From: the human T2T-CHM13v2.0 reference genome, Homo sapiens
Length of the DNA: 64,000 nucleotides
Reading direction: 5' to 3' (one strand)
Assembly: GCF_009914755.1 (NCBI RefSeq)
Contig: NC_060932.1
The notes below the pieces were generated by a model, which was not told where the DNA came from, ran no database searches, and was given only the letters and a program-made list of their open reading frames with translations. Below, piece after piece: positions 16,201 through 30,300 of the stretch (positions are counted from its first letter, which is position 1; every line of letters begins with the position of its first letter). The position numbers were made by a program, and so were the translations under genes.

Positions 16201-19200
16201 TCAGAAAATACTTTGCCATATTTCCATTCAAGTCACAGAGTGGAACATTCCCATTCATAGAGCAGGTTTGAAACACTCTTTTTGGAGTATCTGGAAGTGG
16301 ACATTTGGAGCGCTTTCTGAACTATGGTGAAAAAGGAAATATCTTCCAATGAAAACAAGACAGAAGCATTCTGAGAAACTTATTTGTGATGTGTGTCCTC
16401 AACAAACGGACTTGAACCTTTCGTTTCATGCAGTACTTCTGGAACACTCTTTTTGAAGATTCTGCATGCGGATATTTGGATAGCTTTGAGGATTTCGTTG
16501 GAAACGGGCTTACATGTAAAAATTAGACAGCAGCATTCTCAGAAACTTCTTTGTGGTGTCTGCATTCAAGTCACAGAATTGAACTTCCCCTCACATAGAG
16601 CAGTTGTGCAGCACTCTATTTGTAGTATCTGGAAGTGGACATTTGGAGGGCTTTGTAGCCTATCTGGAAAAAGGAAATATCTTCCCATGAATGCGAGATA
16701 GAAGTAATCTCAGAAACATGTTTATGCTGTATCTACTCAACTAACTGTGCTGAACATTTCTATTGATAGAGCAGTTTTGAGACACTCTTCTTTTGGAATC
16801 TGCAAGTGGATATTTGGATAGATTTGAGGATTTCGTTGGAAACGGGATTATATATAAAAAGTAGACAGCAGCATTCTCAGAAACTTCTTTGTGATGTTTG
16901 CATCCAGCTCTCAGAGTTGAACATTCCCTTTCATAGAGTAGGTTTGAAACCCTCTTTTTATAGTGTCTGGAAGCGGGCATTTGGAGCGCTTTCAGGCCTA
17001 TGCTTAAAATAGGAAATATCTACCTACAGAAACTAGACAGAAGCATTCTGAGAATCACGTTTGTGATGTGGGTACTCAACTAACAGTGTTGATCCATTCT
17101 TTTGATACAGCAGTTTTGAACCACACTTTTTGTAGAATCTGCAAGAGGATATTTGGATAGCTGTGAGGATTTCGTTGGAAACGGGAATGTCTTCAAAGAA
17201 AATCTAGACAGAAGCATTCTCAGAAACACCTTCGTGATGTTTGCAATCAAGTCACAGAGTTGAACCTTCCGTTTCATAGAGCAGGTTGGAAACACTCTTA
17301 TTGTAGTATCTGGAAGTGGACATTTGGAGCGCTTTCAGGCCTATGGTGAAAAAGGAAATATCTTCCCATAAAAACGACATAGAAGCTATCTCAGGAACTT
17401 GTTTATGATGCATCTAATCAACTAACAGTGTTGAACCTTTGTACTGACAGAGCAGTTTGAAACACTCTTTTTTTGGAATCTGCAAGTGGATATTTGGATC
17501 GCTTTGAGGATTTCGTTGGAAACGGGATGCAATATAAAACGTACACAGCAGCATACTCAGAAAATACTTTGCCATATTTCCATTCAAGTCACAGAGTGGA
17601 ACATTCCCATTCATAGAGCAGGTTTGAAACACTCTTTTTGGAGTATCTGGAAGTGGACATTTGGAGCGCTTTCTGAACTATGGTGAAAAAGGAAATATCT
17701 TCCAATGAAAACAAGACAGAAGCATTCTGAGAAACTTATTTGTGATGTGTGTCCTCAACAAACGGACTTGAACCTTTCGTTTCATGCAGTACTTCTGGAA
17801 CACTCTTTTTGAAGATTCTGCATGCGGATATTTGGATAGCTTTGAGGATTTCGTTGGAAACGGGCTTACATGTAAAAATTAGACAGCAGCATTCTCAGAA
17901 ACTTTTTTGTGGTGTCTGCATTCAAGTCACAGAATTGAACTTCCCCTCACATAGAGCAGTTGTGCAGCAATCTATTTGTAGTATCTGGAAGTGGACATTT
18001 GGAGGGCTTTGTAGCCTATCTGGAAAAGGAAATATCTTCCCATGAATGCGAGATAGAAGTAATCTCAGAAACATGTTCATGCTGTATCTACTCAACTAAC
18101 TGTGCTGAACATTTCTATTGATAGAGCAGTTTTGAGACACTCTTCTTTTGGAATCTGCAAGTGGATATTTGGATAGATTTGAGGATTTCGTTGGAAACGG
18201 GATTATATATAAAAAGTAGACAGCAGCATTCTCAGAAACTTCTTTGTGATGTTTGCATCCAGCTCTCAGAGTTGAACATTCCCTTTCATAGAGTAGGTTT
18301 GAAACCCTCTTTTTATAGTGTCTGGAAGCGGGCATTTGGAGCGCTTTCAGGCCTATGCTTAAAATAGGAAATATCTACCTACAGAAACTAGACAGAAGCA
18401 TTCTGAGAATCACGTTTGTGATGTGGGTACTCAACTAACAGTGTTGATCCATTCTTTTGATACAGCAGTTTTGAACCACACTTTTTGTAGAATCTGCAAG
18501 AGGATATTTGGATAGCTGTGAGGATTTCGTTGGAAACGGGAATGTCTTCAAAGAAAATCTAGACAGAAGCATTCTCAGAAACACCTTCGTGATGTTTGCA
18601 ATCATGTCACAGAGTTGAACCTTCCGTTTCATAGAGCAGGTTGGAAACACTCTTATTGTAGTATCTGGAAGTGGACATTTGGAGCGCTTTCAGGCCTATG
18701 GTGAAAAAGGAAATATCTTCCCATAAAAACGACATAGAAGCTATCTCAGGAACTTGTTTATGATGCATCTAATCAACTAACAGTGTTGAACCTTTGTACT
18801 GACAGAGCAGTTTGAAACACTCTTTTTTTGGAATCTGCAAGTGGATATTTGGATCGCTTTGAGGATTTCGTTGGAAACGGGATGCAATATAAAACGTACA
18901 CAGCAGCATACTCAGAAAATACTTTGCCATATTTCCATTCAAGTCACAGAGTGGAACATTCCCATTCATAGAGCAGGTTTGAAACACTCTTTTTGGAGTA
19001 TCTGGAAGTGGACATTTGGAGCGCTTTCTGAACTATGGTGAAAAAGGAAATATCTTCCAATGAAAACAAGACAGAAGCATTCTGAGAAACTTATTTGTGA
19101 TGTGTGTCCTCAACAAACGGACTTGAACCTTTCGTTTCATGCAGTACTTCTGGAACACTCTTTTTGAAGATTCTGCATGCGGATATTTGGATAGCTTTGA

Positions 19201-22200
19201 GGATTTCGTTGGAAACGGGCTTACATGTAAAAATTAGACAGCAGCATTCTCAGAAACTTCTTTGTGGTGTCTGCATTCAAGTCACAGAATTGAACTTCCC
19301 CTCACATAGAGCAGTTGTGCAGCACTCTATTTGTAGTATCTGGAAGTGGACATTTGGAGGGCTTTGTAGCCTATCTGGAAAAAGGAAATATCTTCCCATG
19401 AATGCGAGATAGAAGTAATCTCAGAAACATGTTTATGCTGTATCTACTCAACTAACTGTGCTGAACATTTCTATTGATAGAGCAGTTTTGAGACACTCTT
19501 CTTTTGGAATCTGCAAGTGGATATTTGGATAGATTTGAGGATTTCGTTGGAAACGGGATTATATATAAAAAGTAGACAGCAGCATTCTCAGAAACTTCTT
19601 TGTGATGTTTGCATCCAGCTCTCAGAGTTGAACATTCCCTTTCATAGAGTAGGTTTGAAACCCTCTTTTTATAGTGTCTGGAAGCGGGCATTTGGAGCGC
19701 TTTCAGGCCTATGCTTAAAATAGGAAATATCTACCTACAGAAACTAGACAGAAGCATTCTGAGAATCACGTTTGTGATGTGGGTACTCAACTAACAGTGT
19801 TGATCCATTCTTTTGATACAGAAGTTTTGAACCACAGTTTTTGTAGAATCTGCAAGAGGATATTTGGATAGCTGTGAGGATTTCGTTGGAAACGGGAATG
19901 TCTTCAAAGAAAATCTAGACAGAAGCATTCTCAGAAACACCTTCGTGATGTTTGCAATCAAGTCACAGAGTTGAACCTTCCGTTTCATAGAGCAGGTTGG
20001 AAACACTCTTATTGTAGTATCTGGAAGTGGACATTTGGAGCGCTTTCAGGCCTATGGTGAAAAAGGAAATATCTTCCCATAAAAACGACATAGAAGCTAT
20101 CTCAGGAACTTGTTTATGATGCATCTAATCAACTAACAGTGTTGAACCTTTGTACTGACAGAGCAGTTTGAAACACTCTTTTTTTGGAATCTGCAAGTGG
20201 ATATTTGGATCGCTTTGAGGATTTCGTTGGAAACGGGATGCAATATAAAACGTACACAGCAGCATACTCAGAAAATACTTTGCCATATTTCCATTCAAGT
20301 CACAGAGTGGAACATTCCCATTCATAGAGCAGGTTTGAAACACTCTTTTTGGAGTATCTGGAAGTGGACATTTGGAGCGCTTTCTGAACTATGGTGAAAA
20401 AGGAAATATCTTCCAATGAAAACAAGACAGAAGCATTCTGAGAAACTTATTTGTGATGTGTGTCCTCAACAAACGGACTTGAACCTTTCGTTTCATGCAG
20501 TACTTCTGGAACACTCTTTTTGAAGATATTGCATGCGGATATTTGGATAGCTTTGAGGATTTCGTTGGAAACGGGTTTACATGTAAAAATTAGACAGCAG
20601 CATTCTCAGAAACTTCTTTGTGGTGTCTGCATTCAAGTCACAGAATTGAACTTCCCCTCACATAGAGCAGTTGTGCAGCACTCTATTTGTAGTATCTGGA
20701 AGTGGACATTTGGAGGGCTTTGTAGCCTATCTGGAAAAAGGAAATATCTTCCCATGAATGCGAGATAGAAGTAATCTCAGAAACATGTTTATGCTGTATC
20801 TACTCAACTAACTGTGCTGAACATTTCTATTGATAGAGCAGTTTTGAGACACTCTTCTTTTGGAATCTGCAAGTGGATATTTGGATAGATTTGAGGATTT
20901 CGTTGGAAACGGGATTATATATAAAAAGTAGACAGCAGCATTCTCAGAAACTTCTTTGTGATGTTTGCATCCAGCTCTCAGAGTTGAACATTCCCTTTCA
21001 TAGAGTAGGTTTGAAACCCTCTTTTTATAGTGTCTGGAAGCGGGCATTTGGAGCGCTTTCAGGCCTATGCTTAAAATAGGAAATATCTACCTACAGAAAC
21101 TAGACAGAAGCATTCTGAGAATCACGTTTGTGATGTGGGTACTCAACTAACAGTGTTGATCCATTCTTTTGATACAGCAGTTTTGAACCACACTTTTTGT
21201 AGAATCTGCAAGAGGATATTTGGATAGCTGTGAGGATTTCGTTGGAAACGGGAATGTCTTCAAAGAAAATCTAGACAGAAGCATTCTCAGAAACACCTTC
21301 GTGATGTTTGCAATCAAGTCACAGAGTTGAACCTTCCGTTTCATAGAGCAGGTTGGAAACACTCTTATTGTAGTATCTGGAAGTGGACATTTGGAGCGCT
21401 TTCAGGCCTATGGTGAAAAAGGAAATATCTTCCCATAAAAACGACATAGAAGCTATCTCAGGAACTTGTTTATGATGCATCTAATCAACTAACAGTGTTG
21501 AACCTTTGTACTGACAGAGCAGTTTGAAACACTCTTTTTTTGGAATCTGCAAGTGGATATTTGGATCGCTTTGAGGATTTCGTTGGAAACGGGATGCAAT
21601 ATAAAACGTACACAGCAGCATACTCAGAAAATACTTTGCCATATTTCCATTCAAGTCACAGAGTGGAACATTCCCATTCATAGAGCAGGTTTGAAACACT
21701 CTTTTTGGAGTATCTGGAAGTGGACATTTGGAGCGCTTTCTGAACTATGGTGAAAAAGGAAATATCTTCCAATGAAAACAAGACAGAAGCATTCTGAGAA
21801 ACTTATTTGTGATGTGTGTCCTCAACAAACGGACTTGAACCTTTCGTTTCATGCAGTACTTCTGGAACACTCTTTTTGAAGATTCTGCATGCGGATATTT
21901 GGATAGCTTTGAGGATTTCGTTGGAAACGGGCTTACATGTAAAAATTAGACAGCAGCATTCTCAGAAACTTCTTTGTGGTGTCTGCATTCAAGTCACAGA
22001 ATTGAACTTCCCCTCACATAGAGCAGTTGTGCAGCACTCTATTTGTAGTATCTGGAAGTGGACATTTGGAGGGCTTTGTAGCCTATCTGGAAAAAGGAAA
22101 TATCTTCCCATGAATGCGAGATAGAAGTAATCTCAGAAACATGTTTATGCTGTATCTACTCAACTAACTGTGCTGAACATTTCTATTGATAGAGCAGTTT

Positions 22201-22465
22201 TGAGACACTCTTCTTTTGGAATCTGCAAGTGGATATTTGGATAGATTTGAGGATTTCGTTGGAAACGGGATTATATATAAAAAGTAGACAGCAGCATTCT
22301 CAGAAACTTCTTTGTGATGTTTGCATCCAGCTCTCAGAGTTGAACATTCCCTTTCATAGAGTAGGTTTGAAACCCTCTTTTTATAGTGTCTGGAAGCGGG
22401 CATTTGGAGCGCTTTCAGGCCTATGCTGAAAAAGGAAATATCTACCTATAGAAACTAGACAGAAG

Positions 22466-24334
22466 CATTCTGAGAATCACGTTTGTGATGTGGGTACTCA
22501 ACTAACAGTGTTGATCCATTCTTTTGATACAGCAGTTTTGAACCACACTTTTTGTAGAATCTGCAAGTGGATATTTGGATAGCTGTGAGGATTTCGTTGG
22601 AAACGGGAATGTCTTCATAGAAAATTTAGACAGAAGCATTCTCAGAACCTTGATTGTGATGTGTGTTCTCCACTAACAGAGTTGAACCTTTCTTTTGACA
22701 GAACTGTTCTGAAACATTCTTTTTATAGAATCTGGAAGTGGATATTTGGAAAGCTTTGAGGATTTCGTTGGAAACGGGAATATCTTCAAATCAAATCTAG
22801 CCAGAAGCATTCTAAGAAACATCTTAGGGATGTTTACATTCAAGTCACAGAGTTGAACATTCCCTTTCACAGAGCAGGTTTGAAACAATCTTCTCGTACT
22901 ATCTGGCAGTGGACATTTTGAGCTCCTTGGGGCCTATGCTGAAAAAGGAAATATCTTCCGACAAAAACTAGACAGAAGCATTCGCAGAATCACGTTTGTG
23001 ATGTGTGCACTCAACTGTCAGAATTGAACCTTGGTTTGGACAGAGCACTTTTGAAACACTCTTTTTGTAGAATCTGCAGGTGGATATTTGGCTAGCTTTG
23101 AGGATTTCGTTGGAAACGGTAATGTCTTCAAAGAAAATCTAGACAGAAGCATTCTCAGAAACACCTTCGTGATGTTTGCAATCAAGTCACAGAGTTGAAC
23201 CTTCCGTTTCATAGAGCAGGTTGGAAACACACTTTTTGTAGTATCTAGAAGTGGACATTTGGAGCGCTTTCAGGCCTATGGTGAAAAAGGAAATATCTTC
23301 CCATAAAAACGACATAGAAGCTATCTCAGGAACTTGTCTATGATGCATCTAATCAACTAACAGTGTTGAACCTTTGTACTGACAGAACAGTTTGAAACAC
23401 TCTTTTTTTGGAATCTGCAAGTGGATATTTGGATCGCTTTGAGGATTTCGTTGGAAACGGGATGCAATATAAAACGTACACAGCAGCATACTCAGAAAAT
23501 ACTTTGCCATATTTCCATTCAAGTCACAGAGTGGAACATTCCCATTCATAGAGCAGGTTGGAAACACTCTTTTTGGAGTATCTGGAAGTGGACATTTGGA
23601 GCGCTTTCTGAACTATGGTGAAAAAGGAAATATCTTCCAATGAAAACAAGACAGAAGCATTCTGAGAAACTTATTTGTGATGTCTGTCCTCAACAAACGG
23701 ACTTGAACCTTTCGTTTCATGCAGTACTTCTGGAACACTCTTTTTGAAGATTCTGCATGCGGATATTTGGATAGCTTTGAGGATTTCGTTGGAAACGGGC
23801 TTACATGTAAAAATTAGACAGCAGCATTCTCAGAAACTTCTTTGTGGTGTCTGCATTCAAGTCACAGAATTGAACTTCCCCTCACATAGAGCAGTTGTGC
23901 AGCACTCTATTTGTAGTATCGGGAAGTGGACATTTGGAGGGCTTTGTAGCCTATCTGGAAAAAGGAAATATCTTCCCATGAATGCGAGATAGAAGTAATC
24001 TCAGAAACATGTTTATGCTGTATCTACTCAACTAACTGTGCTGAACATTTCTATTGATAGAGCAGTTTTGAGACACTCTTCTTTTGGAATCTGCAAGTGG
24101 ATATTTGGATAGATTTGAGGATTTCGTTGGAAACGGGATTATATATAAAAAGTAGACAGCAGCATTCTCAGAAACTTCTTTGTGATGTTTGCATCCAGCT
24201 CTCAGAGTTGAACATTCCCTTTCATAGAGTAGGTTTGAAACCCTCTTTTTATAGTGTCTGGAAGCGGGCATTTGGAGCGCTTTCAGGCCTATGCTTAAAA
24301 TAGGAAATATCTACCTACAGAAACTAGACAGAAG
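22466..24334 (+). repeat. Full 11-mer HOR (about 1868 bp)
   Basis: It contains the three extra monomers (…CAGAACCTTGATTG…, …CTAAGAAACATCTTAGGG…, …CATTCGCAGAATCACG…) that are absent from the 8-mer. Confidence 0.93.
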
Positions 24335-27300
24335 CATTCTGAGAATCACGTTTGTGATGTGGGTACTCAACTAACAGTGTTGATCCATTCTTTTGATACA
24401 GCAGTTTTGAACCACACTTTTTGTAGAATCTGCAAGAGGATATTTGGATAGCTGTGAGGATTTCGTTGGAAACGGGAATGTCTTCAAAGAAAATCTAGAC
24501 AGAAGCATTCTCAGAAACACCTTCGTGATGTTTGCAATCAAGTCACAGAGTTGAACCTTCCGTTTCATAGAGCAGGTTGGAAACACTCTTATTGTAGTAT
24601 CTGGAAGTGGACATTTGGAGCGCTTTCAGGCCTATGGTGAAAAAGGAAATATCTTCCCATAAAAACGACATAGAAGCTATCTCAGGAACTTGTTTATGAT
24701 GCATCTAATCAACTAACAGTGTTGAACCTTTGTACTGACAGAGCAGTTTGAAACACTCTTTTTTTGGAATCTGCAAGTGGATATTTGGATCGCTTTGAGG
24801 ATTTCGTTGGAAACGGGATGCAATATAAAACGTACACAGCAGCATACTCAGAAAATACTTTGCCATATTTCCATTCAAGTCACAGAGTGGAACATTCCCA
24901 TTCATAGAGCAGGTTTGAAACACTCTTTTTGGAGTATCTGGAAGTGGACATTTGGAGCGCTTTCTGAACTATGGTGAAAAAGGAAATATCTTCCAATGAA
25001 AACAAGACAGAAGCATTCTGAGAAACTTATTTGTGATGTGTGTCCTCAACAAACGGACTTGAACCTTTCGTTTCATGCAGTACTTCTGGAACACTCTTTT
25101 TGAAGATTCTGCATGCGGATATTTGGATAGCTTTGAGGATTTCGTTGGAAACGGGCTTACATGTAAAAATTAGACAGCAGCATTCTCAGAAACTTCTTTG
25201 TGGTGTCTGCATTCAAGTCACAGAATTGAACTTCCCCTCACATAGAGCAGTTGTGCAGCACTCTATTTGTAGTATCTGGAAGTGGACATTTGGAGGGCTT
25301 TGTAGCCTATCTGGAAAAAGGAAATATCTTCCCATGAATGCGAGATAGAAGTAATCTCAGAAACATGTTTATGCTGTATCTACTCAACTAACTGTGCTGA
25401 ACATTTCTATTGATAGAGCAGTTTTGAGACACTCTTCTTTTGGAATCTGCAAGTGGATATTTGGATAGATTTGAGGATTTCGTTGGAAACGGGATTATAT
25501 ATAAAAAGTAGACAGCAGCATTCTCAGACACTTCTTTGTGATGTTTGCATCCAGCTCTCAGAGTTGAACATTCCCTTTCATAGAGTAGGTTTGAAACCCT
25601 CTTTTTATAGTGTCTGGAAGCGGGCATTTGGAGCGCTTTCAGGCCTATGCTTAAAATAGGAAATATCTACCTACAGAAACTAGACAGAAGCATTCTGAGA
25701 ATCACGTTTGTGATGTGGGTACTCAACTAACAGTGTTGATCCATTCTTTTGATACAGCAGTTTTGAACCACACTTTTTGTAGAATCTGCAAGAGGATATT
25801 TGGATAGCTGTGAGGATTTCGTTGGAAACGGGAATGTCTTCAAAGAAAATCTAGACAGAAGCATTCTCAGAAACACCTTCGTGATGTTTGCAATCAAGTC
25901 ACAGAGTTGAACCTTCCGTTTCATAGAGCAGGTTGGAAACACTCTTATTGTAGTATCTGGAAGTGGACATTTGGAGCGCTTTCAGGCCTATGGTGAAAAA
26001 GGAAATATCTTCCCATAAAAACGACATAGAAGCTATCTCAGGAACTTGTTTATGATGCATCTAATCAACTAACAGTGTTGAACCTTTGTACTGACAGAGC
26101 AGTTTGAAACACTCTTTTTTTGGAATCTGCAAGTGGATATTTGGATCGCTTTGAGGATTTCGTTGGAAACGGGATGCAATATAAAACGTACACAGCAGCA
26201 TACTCAGAAAATACTTTGCCATATTTCCATTCAAGTCACAGAGTGGAACATTCCCATTCATAGAGCAGGTTGGAAACACTCTTTTTGGAGTATCTGGAAG
26301 TGGACATTTGGAGCGCTTTCTGAACTATGGTGAAAAAGGAAATATCTTCCAATGAAAACAAGACAGAAGCATTCTGAGAAACTTATTTGTGATGTGTGTC
26401 CTCAACAAACGGACTTGAACCTTTCGTTTCATGCAGTACTTCTGGAACACTCTTTTTGAAGATTCTGCATGCGGATATTTGGATAGCTTTGAGGATTTCG
26501 TTGGAAACGGGCTTACATGTAAAAATTAGACAGCAGCATTCTCAGAAACTTCTTTGTGGTGTCTGCATTCAAGTCACAGAATTGAACTTCCCCTCACATA
26601 GAGCAGTTGTGCAGCACTCTATTTGTAGTATCTGGAAGTGGACATTTGGAGGGCTTTGTAGCCTATGTGGAAAAAGGAAATATCTTCCCATGAATGCGAG
26701 ATAGAAGTAATCTCAGAAACATGTTTATGCTGTATCTACTCAACTAACTGTGCTGAACATTTCTATTGATAGAGCAGTTTTGAGACACTCTTCTTTTGGA
26801 ATCTGCAAGTGGATATTTGGATAGATTTGAGGATTTCGTTGGAAACGGGATTATATATAAAAAGTAGACAGCAGCATTCTCAGACACTTCTTTGTGATGT
26901 TTGCATCCAGCTCTCAGAGTTGAACATTCCCTTTCATAGAGTAGGTTTGAAACCCTCTTTTTATAGTGTCTGGAAGCGGGCATTTGGAGCGCTTTCAGGC
27001 CTATGCTTAAAATAGGAAATATCTACCTACAGAAACTAGACAGAAGCATTCTGAGAATCACGTTTGTGATGTGGGTACTCAACTAACAGTGTTGATCCAT
27101 TCTTTTGATACAGCAGTTTTGAACCACACTTTTTGTAGAATCTGCAAGAGGATATTTGGATAGCTGTGAGGATTTCGTTGGAAACGGGAATGTCTTCAAA
27201 GAAAATCTAGACAGAAGCATTCTCAGAAACACCTTCGTGATGTTTGCAATCAAGTCACAGAGTTGAACCTTCCGTTTCATAGAGCAGGTTGGAAACACTC

Positions 27301-30300
27301 TTATTGTAGTATCTGGAAGTGGACATTTGGAGCGCTTTCAGGCCTATGGTGAAAAAGGAAATATCTTCCCATAAAAACGACATAGAAGCTATCTCAGGAA
27401 CTTGTTTATGATGCATCTAATCAACTAACAGTGTTGAACCTTTGTACTGACAGAGCAGTTTGAAACACTCTTTTTTTGGAATCTGCAAGTGGATATTTGG
27501 ATCGCTTTGAGGATTTCGTTGGAAACGGGATGCAATATAAAACGTACACAGCAGCATACTCAGAAAATACTTTGCCATATTTCCATTCAAGTCACAGAGT
27601 GGAACATTCCCATTCATAGAGCAGGTTTGAAACACTCTTTTTGGAGTATCTGGAAGTGGACATTTGGAGCGCTTTCTGAACTATGGTGAAAAAGGAAATA
27701 TCTTCCAATGAAAACAAGACAGAAGCATTCTGAGAAACTTATTTGTGATGTGTGTCCTCAACAAACGGACTTGAACCTTTCGTTTCATGCAGTACTTCTG
27801 GAACACTCTTTTTGAAGATTCTGCATGCGGATATTTGGATAGCTTTGAGGATTTCGTTGGAAACGGGCTTACATGTAAAAATTAGACAGCAGCATTCTCA
27901 GAAACTTCTTTGTGGTGTCTGCATTCAAGTCACAGAATTGAACTTCCCCTCACATAGAGCAGTTGTGCAGCACTCTATTTGTAGTATCTGGAAGTGGACA
28001 TTTGGAGGGCTTTGTAGCCTATCTGGAAAAAGGAAATATCTTCCCATGAATGCGAGATAGAAGTAATCTCAGAAACATGTTTATGCTGTATCTACTCAAC
28101 TAACTGTGCTGAACATTTCTATTGATAGAGCAGTTTTGAGACACTCTTCTTTTGGAATCTGCAAGTGGATATTTGGATAGATTTGAGGATTTCGTTGGAA
28201 ACGGGATTATATATAAAAAGTAGACAGCAGCATTCTCAGAAACTTCTTTGTGATGTTTGCATCCAGCTCTCAGAGTTGAACATTCCCTTTCATAGAGTAG
28301 GTTTGAAACCCTCTTTTTATAGTGTCTGGAAGCGGGCATTTGGAGCGCTTTCAGGCCTATGCTTAAAATAGGAAATATCTACCTACAGAAACTAGACAGA
28401 AGCATTCTGAGAATCACGTTTGTGATGTGGGTACTCAACTAACAGTGTTGATCCATTCTTTTGATACAGCAGTTTTGAACCACACTTTTTGTAGAATCTG
28501 CAAGAGGATATTTGGATAGCTGTGAGGATTTCGTTGGAAACGGGAATGTCTTCAAAGAAAATCTAGACAGAAGCATTCTCAGAAACACCTTCGTGATGTT
28601 TGCAATCAAGTCACAGAGTTGAACCTTCCGTTTCATAGAGCAGGTTGGAAACACTCTTATTGTAGTATCTGGAAGTGGACATTTGGAGCGCTTTCAGGCC
28701 TATGGTGAAAAAGGAAATATCTTCCCATAAAAACGACATAGAAGCTATCTCAGGAACTTGTTTATGATGCATCTAATCAACTAACAGTGTTGAACCTTTG
28801 TACTGACAGAGCAGTTTGAAACACTCTTTTTTTGGAATCTGCAAGTGGATATTTGGATCGCTTTGAGGATTTCGTTGGAAACGGGATGCAATATAAAACG
28901 TACACAGCAGCATACTCAGAAAATACTTTGCCATATTTCCATTCAAGTCACAGAGTGGAACATTCCCATTCATAGAGCAGGTTTGAAACACTCTTTTTGG
29001 AGTATCTGGAAGTGGACATTTGGAGCGCTTTCTGAACTATGGTGAAAAAGGAAATATCTTCCAATGAAAACAAGACAGAAGCATTCTGAGAAACTTATTT
29101 GTGATGTGTGTCCTCAACAAACGGACTTGAACCTTTCGTTTCATGCAGTACTTCTGGAACACTCTTTTTGAAGATTCTGCATGCGGATATTTGGATAGCT
29201 TTGAGGATTTCGTTGGAAACGGGCTTACATGTAAAAATTAGACAGCAGCATTCTCAGAAACTTTTTTGTGGTGTCTGCATTCAAGTCACAGAATTGAACT
29301 TCCCCTCACATAGAGCAGTTGTGCAGCAATCTATTTGTAGTATCTGGAAGTGGACATTTGGAGGGCTTTGTAGCCTATCTGGAAAAGGAAATATCTTCCC
29401 ATGAATGCGAGATAGAAGTAATCTCAGAAACATGTTCATGCTGTATCTACTCAACTAACTGTGCTGAACATTTCTATTGATAGAGCAGTTTTGAGACACT
29501 CTTCTTTTGGAATCTGCAAGTGGATATTTGGATAGATTTGAGGATTTCGTTGGAAACGGGATTATATATAAAAAGTAGACAGCAGCATTCTCAGAAACTT
29601 CTTTGTGATGTTTGCATCCAGCTCTCAGAGTTGAACATTCCCTTTCATAGAGTAGGTTTGAAACCCTCTTTTTATAGTGTCTGGAAGCGGGCATTTGGAG
29701 CGCTTTCAGGCCTATGCTTAAAATAGGAAATATCTACCTACAGAAACTAGACAGAAGCATTCTGAGAATCACGTTTGTGATGTGGGTACTCAACTAACAG
29801 TGTTGATCCATTCTTTTGATACAGCAGTTTTGAACCACACTTTTTGTAGAATCTGCAAGAGGATATTTGGATAGCTGTGAGGATTTCGTTGGAAACGGGA
29901 ATGTCTTCAAAGAAAATCTAGACAGAAGCATTCTCAGAAACACCTTCGTGATGTTTGCAATCATGTCACAGAGTTGAACCTTCCGTTTCATAGAGCAGGT
30001 TGGAAACACTCTTATTGTAGTATCTGGAAGTGGACATTTGGAGCGCTTTCAGGCCTATGGTGAAAAAGGAAATATCTTCCCATAAAAACGACATAGAAGC
30101 TATCTCAGGAACTTGTTTATGATGCATCTAATCAACTAACAGTGTTGAACCTTTGTACTGACAGAGCAGTTTGAAACACTCTTTTTTTGGAATCTGCAAG
30201 TGGATATTTGGATCGCTTTGAGGATTTCGTTGGAAACGGGATGCAATATAAAACGTACACAGCAGCATACTCAGAAAATACTTTGCCATATTTCCATTCA

